Source: Bacteroidales bacterium
GTDB lineage: Bacteria > Bacteroidota > Bacteroidia > Bacteroidales > Bacteroidaceae
Assembly: GCA_022784065.1 (NCBI GenBank)
Contig: JALFUO010000047.1
Coordinates: 1-62,446, forward strand
Length of the DNA: 62,446 nucleotides
Direction: 5' to 3'
The notes beneath the pieces were generated by a model, which was given only the letters and a program-made list of their open reading frames with translations, was not told the DNA's origin and did not search any database. The position numbers and the translations under genes are program-made. Of the stretch, positions 1 through 9,218 are shown piece after piece. Position 1 is the first letter of the stretch. Each line of letters starts with the position of its first letter.

Positions 1-211
1 TATTAATTCGCTTTGGCAGATTTTGGATTTATTTTCGAGGATAAATTGTAAGTGGAAGAGGGAGCGTAGCGGGCTACGTGACCGATGAGACTTACGATTG
101 AGACCGAAAAGAAAACAAAAGATGACAAAACGTCAACCCAACATTATTGTAATCTTTACGGTGGGAATTTATAGAACCCACCTTAAGGGAAATAGACATC
201 TATATAATATG

Positions 212-787
212 TCAAAGGGCGGCGAATTTCCTAATCGGCTCTTGAAGCGGCGGAGTTTCCACAGCGAGGCGCAAAGCCTCTTCGGGCGTGGCAGCCACCT
301 GCCACAGAGTGGCGTGGAGACTGCTCATGAACTGCTGCTCCACGGCCTGCTCGAGCTGGCGGAGCAAGGGTGAGAAATAGTTCTTCGTGTTGAGCACAAT
401 GATGGGCTTCATATACAGCCCGAGCTGCTTCCACGTGATAATTTCCAAGAGTTCTTCCAGCGTGCCCACGCCACCCGGCAAGGCGATGCAGGCATCCGAA
501 AGTTCCGCCATGCGCTCCTTGCGTACGTGCATATTCTCAGTGACGACGAGGCGCGTCATGCCTTTGTGCTGCCAGCCTTGGTCGATCATGAATTGGGGGA
601 TAACGCCCACCGCCTCGCCGCCCGCTTCGAGGCAGGCATCGGTGGCGGCGGCCATCAGCCCCGTGCGTCCCGCACCATTCACGAGCGTATGCCCGCCCTC
701 GGCAACAAGCCGCCCCAAGGCAGCCGCGTCGCGCACGAAACACTCGGGCGACCGGCCGCTTGAAGCGCAATAGATTGTAATGTTCAT
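212..787 (-). CDS. LOG family nucleotide 5'-monophosphate nucleosidase (TIGR00730-like)
   Basis: PGGVGTLEE (PGGxGTxxE) motif, GAGRTGLM, MHVRKERM; 18 bp downstream of metK. Confidence 0.9.
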   Translation of the reverse strand: MNITIYCASSGRSPECFVRDAAALGRLVAEGGHTLVNGAGRTGLMAAATDACLEAGGEAVGVIPQFMIDQGWQHKGMTRLVVTENMHVRKERMAELSDACIALPGGVGTLEELLEIITWKQLGLYMKPIIVLNTKNYFSPLLRQLEQAVEQQFMSSLHATLWQVAATPEEALRLAVETPPLQEPIRKFAAL

Positions 788-805
788 ATTTTATTTAGAA
801 AAAAA

Positions 806-2092
<1,287 letters not shown>

Positions 2093-2122
2093 ATCAAAAA
2101 TATGTTTTTAGGAAAAATGAAT

Positions 2123-2165
2123 AAAAAAATGCCTGTTCCGCGGCATTGTTGCGGGAGAACAGGCA
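2123..2165 (-). terminator. Intrinsic terminator in metK leader (candidate riboswitch expression platform)
   Basis: Minus strand TGCCTGTTC...GAACAGGCA stem followed by TTTTTTT, between the aptamer and the metK start. Confidence 0.75.
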
Positions 2166-2224
2166 GTGGGCGATATGGTTGCCGGGCTGATGTTGTCTGC
2201 CGCGTTGCAGCGGCTGCGCCCGAG

Positions 2225-2276
2225 CTTCGTTTTAGCATTATTTTTGAGAGGTTGCAAGCAGTCAAATCTTTCCTCT
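2225..2276 (-). ncRNA. SAM-II class riboswitch
   Basis: Minus strand AGAGG-AAAGATTTGACTGCTTGCAA-CCTCT-CAAAAATAATGCTAAAACGAAG matches the SAM-II pattern (P1, GAUUU..UUGCAA, AAAU..GCUAAAA); upstream of metK. Confidence 0.85.
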
Positions 2277-2291
2277 GTCTGTTTTCGCCTG

Positions 2292-2322
2292 CAAAGTTAC
2301 GCATACTTTGCTTATAAGCAAA
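2292..2322 (-). promoter_or_regulatory. Bacteroidetes housekeeping promoter for metK leader
   Basis: TTTG (2322-2319), 19-nt spacer, TAACTTTG (2299-2292); full -33/-7 consensus. Confidence 0.8.
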
Positions 2323-2416
2323 TTTATCTTACTTAAAAGTGCAACAATTAAGCCCCAAAAGCCGCACTTCCTTGTAAGATAGAAGAAAAAGCCCTACCTT
2401 TGTTGGTTTAACCCGT

Positions 2417-3709
2417 ATGCGCACAGAAATGGAACTGCTACTGCATTACGTTTGGCAACAAAAGCTTTGGCCAAGCACGCCGCTCGCCACTACCGACGGC
2501 CAGCCCGTAGACATCATCGACCCGGGACTGCACAACCGCAACGCCGGCCCCGACTTCTTCAACGCCAAAATCAAAATCGGCGGCACGCTGTGGGCGGGCA
2601 ACGTGGAAATCCACGAGAAAGCCGCCGACTGGTTTGCCCACCGCCACCACCTTGACCCTGCCTACAACAACACCATCCTGCACGTCGTGGGCGCGGACGG
2701 CGCAAAGGCCGAAACGGCCGACGGACGCACGCTGCCGCAACTTGTGCTGCCTGTGCCGGCTCATATCTCCCAAAACTACAAGCAGCTTTTGGAGGAAGAG
2801 AAATACCCGCCCTGCTACAAAGTCATTCCTTCCGTCGCCCCCATCAACGTGCACCGCTACCTGAGCGCGCTCACCGTGGAACGGCTCGAAGAAAAGACGC
2901 AGCGCATCAGCGAATACCTGCAACGCACGGGCGGCGACTGGGAACGCGCCGCGTTCATCGCCTTGGCGCGGGGCTTTGGGTTCGGCACGAATGCCGACGC
3001 CTTTGAGCAATGGGCCTTGGGCATCGAGCCGCAGGCCATCGGCAAGCACCGCGACAACCTGCTGCAAGTGGAAGCATTCTTCATGGGGCAGGCAGGGCTT
3101 TTGGACGGGGCGCAGGGCTGCGAGGACGAGTATTTCCGCCTCTTGAAAAGGGAATACGATTTTCTGAAAAGCAAATTCTCGCTCACGCCGATGGACGCCA
3201 CGCGCTGGCGGCTGATGCGGCTGCGCCCACAAAACTTCCCCATCGTGCGCCTCTCGCAACTGGCGGCACTCTACCACAAAGGCGCCACTTCGCTCTCGCG
3301 CATCGTCGAGACACCCGATGCCGACGGCCTGCGCAGCCTGTTCCGCACGGCGGCCACCGACTACTGGCAAGACCATTACCATTTCGGGCACGCCTCTCCC
3401 CACAGCGCGAAAACGCTGCAAGCCGCCTCGCTCGACCTTTTGCTCATCAACGTTGCCGCGCCCCTGCTCTTCGCCTACGGCCGCTACCTTGCCGACGATG
3501 CCTTGTGCGAACGCGCCTTTGCGCTGCTCGAAAGCATCAAACCTGAAAAGAACTTCATCACGCGCAGTTGGGCAGCGGCCGGCATCACCCCGCAACACGC
3601 CGCCGACTCCCAGGCTCTCTTTCGCCTGAAAATGCACTATTGCGACCGCAAGGACTGTCTGCGCTGCGCTTTCGGCGCAGAATACCTCCGCGCCGTGCCT
3701 AAATCGTAA
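2417..3709 (+). CDS. DUF2851 family protein
   Basis: ELLLHYVWQ, PGLHNRNAGPDFFNAKI, GNVEIH, RLRPQNFP, C-terminal YC..K.CLRC; TACCTTTG -7 box upstream. Confidence 0.85.
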   Translation: MRTEMELLLHYVWQQKLWPSTPLATTDGQPVDIIDPGLHNRNAGPDFFNAKIKIGGTLWAGNVEIHEKAADWFAHRHHLDPAYNNTILHVVGADGAKAETADGRTLPQLVLPVPAHISQNYKQLLEEEKYPPCYKVIPSVAPINVHRYLSALTVERLEEKTQRISEYLQRTGGDWERAAFIALARGFGFGTNADAFEQWALGIEPQAIGKHRDNLLQVEAFFMGQAGLLDGAQGCEDEYFRLLKREYDFLKSKFSLTPMDATRWRLMRLRPQNFPIVRLSQLAALYHKGATSLSRIVETPDADGLRSLFRTAATDYWQDHYHFGHASPHSAKTLQAASLDLLLINVAAPLLFAYGRYLADDALCERAFALLESIKPEKNFITRSWAAAGITPQHAADSQALFRLKMHYCDRKDCLRCAFGAEYLRAVPKS

Positions 3710-3739
3710 ACAACCATCAGAACTAAAGCCGCTCTATTT

Positions 3740-4141
3740 ATGGACAAATATATCTTTTCTTTGGAAATGAAGGTGCGCGACTACGAGTGCGACCTTCAAG
3801 GCATCGTAAACAATGCCAACTACCAGCATTACATAGAGCACACGCGCCACGAGTTCCTGCGCTCCGAGGGCATCAGTTTCTCCGCCCTGCACGAACAGGG
3901 CACGGATGCCGTAGTGGCGCGCCTGCAAATGGCCTTCAAAACGCCGCTGCGCAGTGGCGACAGTTTCGTGTCGCGCCTCGCCCTGCGCAAGGAGGGCATC
4001 AAATACGTTTTCGTGCAAGACATCTTCCGCCTGCCCGACAACAAGCCCGTTATCCGCTCCACCGTCGAAACCGTCTGCCTTGTAAACGGCCGACTGGCCG
4101 AAAGCGCGGAACTGAACGAGCGGTTCAGCAAATACTTTTAA
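3740..4141 (+). CDS. Acyl-CoA thioesterase (YbgC/4HBT hot-dog family)
   Basis: VRDYECDLQGIVNNANYQHYIEHTR motif. Confidence 0.9.
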   Translation: MDKYIFSLEMKVRDYECDLQGIVNNANYQHYIEHTRHEFLRSEGISFSALHEQGTDAVVARLQMAFKTPLRSGDSFVSRLALRKEGIKYVFVQDIFRLPDNKPVIRSTVETVCLVNGRLAESAELNERFSKYF

Positions 4142-4178
4142 TATTGTCTCCTTATAGGCAAGCACCTTATGGAAATAT

Positions 4179-4221
4179 AAAAACCGATGATGCGCCGTTA
4201 TGCGGTTCATCATCGGTTTTT
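4179..4221. terminator. Bidirectional intrinsic terminator
   Basis: AAAAACCGATGATG...CATCATCGGTTTTT between convergent thioesterase and higA. Confidence 0.75.
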
Positions 4222-4368
4222 GTTTGAAACGTATTAGTTCTATCGCATTAAAGGGCAAGGCGCAATCTAATATATTTATGCGAATGTTGCCCGCTGCAGA
4301 GACAAAAAGCGAGGAAATCTTTACGGTTTACTTATCTCTGCAGCCTGCAACAGCAGACATTTAGACAA

Positions 4369-4713
4369 TCAAAGCACGGCAGCAATCTTGCGGATTTTAT
4401 CCAAGCGTTGCATAAAAGATTGATCTTTTTGGGCACACCGCACATTATACCTCATTTGCAGGCGTAGCAGCGGTTCTGCCTCCACACCGAGAGCTGCCTC
4501 AAACATCAAGGCCGTCTTCTCGGTTATAGGCCGGCGAGCGTTGAGTATCTCATTCAGCACCGAGTAGCCTAAACCCATTTGTTCCGCAAGGCGACGCTGA
4601 GAAATGCCCCTGAACTCGATTTCGTCTTTAAGTATCGAACCCGGATGCGTCGGATAGGCGGGCTCGAGGTTGTTTGCTATCATTTTTGGGTCAACTCCTT
4701 TAATTTCTACCAT
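4369..4713 (-). CDS. higA: HigA family antitoxin (HTH XRE)
   Basis: PTHPGSILKDEIE...SQRRLAEQMG...LNEILNARRPIT; downstream of HigB-like toxin. Confidence 0.9.
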   Translation of the reverse strand: MVEIKGVDPKMIANNLEPAYPTHPGSILKDEIEFRGISQRRLAEQMGLGYSVLNEILNARRPITEKTALMFEAALGVEAEPLLRLQMRYNVRCAQKDQSFMQRLDKIRKIAAVL

Positions 4714-4719
4714 AATCCG

Positions 4720-5034
4720 TTATTTGTAATGATTTGACAAATCCGTTATATTGCATATCGTCGCTATTATTTCGCCGTCCCTGATATGCTCTTCAAACTC
4801 TATTCGATATTGGTCGTTTACGCGCACAGAAGAAAGCCCTGCTCTGTTGCCTATGAGCTTTTCGTAATTCAAAGAATGGTAGCGGCAAAGCCCGCGCGTG
4901 TTTTCCGTGTCCCTCATCAAGTCTATCACGCGAATGTACTTGCGCACGATTTGCGGCTGAAAGCGGTGCTTCTTGTCAGTCTTGCCTGTTTCGTAGAGTT
5001 CTTTCAGATATTCCTCATTGAAAATTATTTCCAT
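4720..5034 (-). CDS. higB: HigB-like RelE/ParE family toxin
   Basis: Start taken at MEIIFNEEYL; LNYEKL.G.RAGLSSVRVNDQYRIEF; toxin-first order; TAACTTTG at 5060-5053. Confidence 0.88.
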   Translation of the reverse strand: MEIIFNEEYLKELYETGKTDKKHRFQPQIVRKYIRVIDLMRDTENTRGLCRYHSLNYEKLIGNRAGLSSVRVNDQYRIEFEEHIRDGEIIATICNITDLSNHYK

Positions 5035-5231
5035 AAAGTCTCCTTTGCTGGGCAAAGTTAACGATTTCTTTTGAAGTTCGCAAAAATAGCGAACAACCGT
5101 TTATTTCTTCCTTGCAGTAGCGCCGCTCATACGTGACCGCAGAAATTTCAAGCAAGATATTTTTTACTAAGCCCGTACTATTTTTCCCTGTCTGCGCAGA
5201 AAGTTTTTCCTTTCCTATAAGACAATTTTTA

Positions 5232-5309
5232 TTACAAACTTTGTAACACATGTTAGAAACTTTTTAACGCGCGTTACAAAGTTTGTAATGCATGTTAGAA
5301 AGTTTGTAA
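5232..5309. repeat. 21-bp-period palindrome array, copy 1 (4 x TTA[C/G]AAAnTTT[G/T]TAA with 6-bp spacers)
   Basis: Units at 5232, 5253, 5274, 5295; spacers CACATG, CGCGCG, TGCATG; TCTGCGCAGA at 5191. Confidence 0.95.
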
Positions 5310-5574
5310 CAAAAACTTTCAAGGAGATAATGAAAAATGTCTGCGCTGAGAGGGAAAATTTGCAGGCGGCAAATAAGATTTTTTCGGCAGGAACGAAAGG
5401 CCGTCTGCCGTGAGCGCATCGGCGGCCTGCGCAGATAGTTGCTCCACACTGCCTTTCGAGAGAAAAAAAGCGGCAGAACGCGCCTTTCTGCTAAGATAAT
5501 AGGTAAAAGCCGCAACGGCAAAGGTGTTTTTTGCTTAATTTTGCAACAAAACTTATCTATATACAGCCCACACG

Positions 5575-6663
5575 ATGCTCTGCTCTATCGCGCTTTCATT
5601 GCTTAAAGGTCTGACACAAAAGCACATGCGTGAGATTTACGACGTATATGCTTCCGCCGAAGAGGCTTTTGCCGACCTCGGCAGGCAGTACCCGCCGCTC
5701 TCCCAGGCACTGGCTTCGGGCAAGAACGCTGCCATGGAGCAGGCGAAGCGCGAACTGGATTTCTGTGAACGCCACGACATTCGCATCCTGCCGCTCAACG
5801 ACCCGGATTTCCCCTTCCTGCTGCGCAACTGCCCCGACACCCCTACCCTGCTCTACCTGAAAGGCAACGCCAATCTGAACCGGCAGCGCATCGTGTCGGT
5901 AGTGGGCACACGCCATGTCACGGAATACGGGCGGCTGATGTGCAGCGAGTTTTGCACCGAACTGAAACGCCTCGTGCCGGACGTGCTGATCGTGAGCGGT
6001 CTCGCCTATGGCGTGGACATCGTGGCGCACCGCGCGGCCGTGGACTGCGGCGCGGACACGCTTGGCGTACTGGCGCACGGACTCGACCGTATCTATCCTT
6101 CGATGCACCGCGACACGGCGCGTAAGATGATTGAAAACGGCGGCGCCTTGCTCACGGAATACCCCACGGGCACCAACCCCGACAAGGGCAACTTCGTGAG
6201 GCGCAACCGTATCGTGGCGGGCATGGCACATGCCACGGTGGTGGTGGAAAGCGCCAAGAAGGGCGGCGCACTGATTACGGCCGGCCTCGCATTGGACTAT
6301 AACCGTGAGGTCGCCGCTTTCCCGGGACGCGCCACGGACGAGTATTCCATAGGTTGCAACGACCTTATCCGCAACAGCGGCGCAGCACTGATTACCTCCG
6401 CCGAGGATTTCGCGAAACTTATGGAATGGGACACGGAGCAGCCAAAAGCCGTTATCCGCCCATCGCTTTTTCCCGAACTTTCGCAAGAGGAACAAGCGGT
6501 CTGCGCCTTGCTCGGCAACGGCGAGGCACGCGGCATTGCCGAAATGTGCGCCGCACTGAACACGCCGCTCTACAAACTTTCCGCCACGCTGTTCGGGTTG
6601 GAAATGAAAAATATCATCAACCGCATACCGGGCGACCGCATTGTGCTGCAAAAGAAAAAGTGA
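5575..6663 (+). CDS. dprA: DNA-processing protein DprA
   Basis: VVGTR, IVSGLAYGVD, AHGLDRIYP, RRNRIVAG, GGALITA; TAATTTTG at 5536-5543. Confidence 0.96.
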   Translation: MLCSIALSLLKGLTQKHMREIYDVYASAEEAFADLGRQYPPLSQALASGKNAAMEQAKRELDFCERHDIRILPLNDPDFPFLLRNCPDTPTLLYLKGNANLNRQRIVSVVGTRHVTEYGRLMCSEFCTELKRLVPDVLIVSGLAYGVDIVAHRAAVDCGADTLGVLAHGLDRIYPSMHRDTARKMIENGGALLTEYPTGTNPDKGNFVRRNRIVAGMAHATVVVESAKKGGALITAGLALDYNREVAAFPGRATDEYSIGCNDLIRNSGAALITSAEDFAKLMEWDTEQPKAVIRPSLFPELSQEEQAVCALLGNGEARGIAEMCAALNTPLYKLSATLFGLEMKNIINRIPGDRIVLQKKK

Positions 6664-6714
6664 GTGGGATTTTTCCTAAACCTACAAGGAAGGAACACCT
6701 CCTTTTTCGCCCCA

Positions 6715-6730
6715 TGTTTCCCGTGAAACA
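6715..6730. promoter_or_regulatory. parS-like centromere site
   Basis: TGTTTCCCGTGAAACA, 1 mismatch to TGTTTCACGTGAAACA; just upstream of mnmG. Confidence 0.8.
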
Positions 6731-6743
6731 TCATATATAATAT

Positions 6744-8621
6744 ATGTCTGATTATTCCCAAAACTTTGACGTTATTGTCGTCGGCGCAGGCCATGCCGGC
6801 TGCGAGGCGGCCGCTGCCGCCGCACGTATGGGCGCAAAAACGTGTCTCGTCACTATGGACATGAACAAGATTGCGCAAATGAGTTGCAACCCTGCCGTGG
6901 GCGGCATTGCCAAGGGACAAATCGTGCGCGAGGTAGACGCGATGGGCGGAGGCATGGGTGAGGTAACCGATGCCACGGCCATTCAGTTCCGTATGCTCAA
7001 CCGCTCGAAAGGCCCTGCCATGTGGAGCCCGAGAGCGCAGTGCGACCGCCGCCGCTTCATTGACACATGGAGGCGGCGTTTGGAGCAAACCGACAATCTC
7101 TACATTTGGCAGGACGAAGCGACCGAGGTACTCACCGAAGGCAACACGGTTTGCGGCATCCGCACGATATGGGGCGCAGAACTTCGTGCCAGGGCTGTGG
7201 TGATCACTGCGGGCACATTTCTGCGGGGACTGATGCACGTGGGGCGCAAACAGGTGCCCGGCGGACGCTGCGCCGAGCCTGCCGCCAATTTCCTCACGGC
7301 TTCGCTGGAAGCATTAGGCCTAAAATCGTTCCGCATGAAGACGGGCACACCCGTCCGCATAGACAAGCGTTCCGTACATTTCGAGGACATGGAGGAACAA
7401 CCGGGGGAGACGGATTTTCATCGCTTTTCCTACATAAGCCCCTGCCGTCCCCTACCCCAACTACCGTGCTGGACGTGCGAAACAAACGAAGAAGTCCACA
7501 AAATCCTGAGGAAAGGCTTGCCGGATTCGCCGCTTTACAACGGACAGATACAGAGCATCGGGCCGCGCTACTGCCCGAGCATCGAAACTAAGATTGTCAC
7601 CTTCCCCGACCGCAACCACCACCCGCTCTTCTTAGAACCCGAGGGATGCGATACAAACGAACTTTATCTGAACGGCTTTTCATCGAGCCTGCCGATGGAG
7701 ATACAAATCGAGGCTTTGAAGAAGATGCCCTGTTTCAGGGATATGGTGGTTTACCGTCCTGGTTATGCTATTGAATACGATATGTTCGACCCGACGCAAT
7801 TATCGCATAGCCTCGAGACGAATATAGACGGCCTATTTCTCGCCGGGCAGGTGAACGGCACGACGGGCTACGAAGAAGCCGCCGGCCAAGGGATTATCGC
7901 CGGTATCAATGCCGCGCTTAAATGCAGCGGCGGCGAACGGTTCACGCTCGGCAGGGACGAGGCGTACATCGGCGTTCTGATTGACGACCTCGTGACCAAA
8001 GGCGTTGACGAACCGTACAGAATGTTCACCTCACGCGCTGAATACAGAATTTTGCTCCGTCAGGACAATGCCGACGTGCGACTCACGCCTTACGCTATCA
8101 AATATGGAATGGCCTCAGAAGAGCGAACGAGGAGATTCAACCAGAAGAAGGAACGCATCGATGCGATTATAGAATATTGCAAAACGTTTCCCATAAAAGC
8201 ACCCCGCATCAATCCTTTCCTAGAAAGCATCGGCACCACCCCGCTTAGCGGAGGTTGCAAAATGTTCGACCTAATCAATCGTCCGCAAATCACGCTTAAT
8301 GGCTTGGCCAACGAGATAGAGGATTTCAAATCTTTCTTAGATAATATTGATGAAGATAGAGAAGAAACCTTGGAAGCGGCGGAAATTGAAATGAAATACC
8401 ACGGGTATATCGCTCGCGAGCGGGCTTTGGCGGATAAAATGCAGCGACTGGAAAACATAAAGATAAAGGGACGCTTCAACTACGAAAGCCTCACGCAACT
8501 CTCCACCGAAGCGCGACAGAAACTCTCTGCAATAAATCCCGAAACGCTGGCGCAAGCCGGACGAATACCGGGTGTATCGCCAAGCGACATCGGCGTTTTG
8601 CTTGTGTTGCTGGGAAGATAA
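6744..8621 (+). CDS. mnmG: tRNA uridine 5-carboxymethylaminomethyl modification enzyme MnmG/GidA
   Basis: GAGHAGCEAA, MSCNPAVGG, GPRYCPSIE, AGQVNGTTGYEEAA. Confidence 0.99.
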   Translation: MSDYSQNFDVIVVGAGHAGCEAAAAAARMGAKTCLVTMDMNKIAQMSCNPAVGGIAKGQIVREVDAMGGGMGEVTDATAIQFRMLNRSKGPAMWSPRAQCDRRRFIDTWRRRLEQTDNLYIWQDEATEVLTEGNTVCGIRTIWGAELRARAVVITAGTFLRGLMHVGRKQVPGGRCAEPAANFLTASLEALGLKSFRMKTGTPVRIDKRSVHFEDMEEQPGETDFHRFSYISPCRPLPQLPCWTCETNEEVHKILRKGLPDSPLYNGQIQSIGPRYCPSIETKIVTFPDRNHHPLFLEPEGCDTNELYLNGFSSSLPMEIQIEALKKMPCFRDMVVYRPGYAIEYDMFDPTQLSHSLETNIDGLFLAGQVNGTTGYEEAAGQGIIAGINAALKCSGGERFTLGRDEAYIGVLIDDLVTKGVDEPYRMFTSRAEYRILLRQDNADVRLTPYAIKYGMASEERTRRFNQKKERIDAIIEYCKTFPIKAPRINPFLESIGTTPLSGGCKMFDLINRPQITLNGLANEIEDFKSFLDNIDEDREETLEAAEIEMKYHGYIARERALADKMQRLENIKIKGRFNYESLTQLSTEARQKLSAINPETLAQAGRIPGVSPSDIGVLLVLLGR

Positions 8622-8629
8622 CTTTCTTA

Positions 8630-8645
8630 CGTTCCACGTGGAACT
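8630..8645. promoter_or_regulatory. parS-like centromere site
   Basis: CGTTCCACGTGGAACT with perfect 14-bp palindrome GTTCCACGTGGAAC; just downstream of mnmG. Confidence 0.8.
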
Positions 8646-8677
8646 TATTGCTTGAATTTTTTACTAATCAAATACTT

Positions 8678-9214
8678 ATGGACAAAAACTTGCTTATAAG
8701 AAACTTGCGAAACGTGCCTAATTTTCCCAAAGAGGGCATACAGTTTAAGGACGTCAGCACCCTCTTCAAAAACCCAGCATGCGTAAAAGAAATGCTCAAC
8801 GAGTTGGTGAACATTTACAAAGACAAGGGCATCACGAAAGTTGTGGGCATTGAGTCGCGCGGCTTTGTTATGGGTGCGATGCTTGCAGAAAAATTGGGCG
8901 CAGGCTTTATCATGTGTCGCAAGCCCGGCAAACTACCTGCTAAAACAATTTCAGCCGAATACAACAAAGAATATGGCACTGATACCATAGAGATGCACGA
9001 GGACGCGCTCGGTGAAAACGAAGTCGTTCTTATTCATGACGACCTCTTGGCTACAGGAGGCTCAATGAAGGCAGCGATAGAGCTTGTAAATAAGTTTGCC
9101 CCTAAAAAGGTTTACGTAAACTTCCTGATAGAATTGCGCATGGAAGGACTGAAAGGCCGCGAATTTATCGGAGAAGATGCCGAAATAAGCACATTACTTA
9201 CGCTTAGGGAATAA
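8678..9214 (+). CDS. apt: Adenine phosphoribosyltransferase
   Basis: FPKEGIQFKD, IESRGF, RKPGKLP, HDDLLATGGS; start taken at MDKNLL. Confidence 0.96.
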   Translation: MDKNLLIRNLRNVPNFPKEGIQFKDVSTLFKNPACVKEMLNELVNIYKDKGITKVVGIESRGFVMGAMLAEKLGAGFIMCRKPGKLPAKTISAEYNKEYGTDTIEMHEDALGENEVVLIHDDLLATGGSMKAAIELVNKFAPKKVYVNFLIELRMEGLKGREFIGEDAEISTLLTLRE

Positions 9215-9218
9215 ACAG

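Noticed and set aside
5232-5309. 21-bp arrays as mini-CRISPR arrays
   Set aside because: Repeats are 15 bp and spacers only 6 bp, far below CRISPR sizes; no cas genes in the window
5015-5521. Short ORFs with heptad-like YKLCN/YKVCN repeats
   Set aside because: They are translations of the 21-bp DNA repeat; frames and stops differ between copies, so the constraint looks DNA-level
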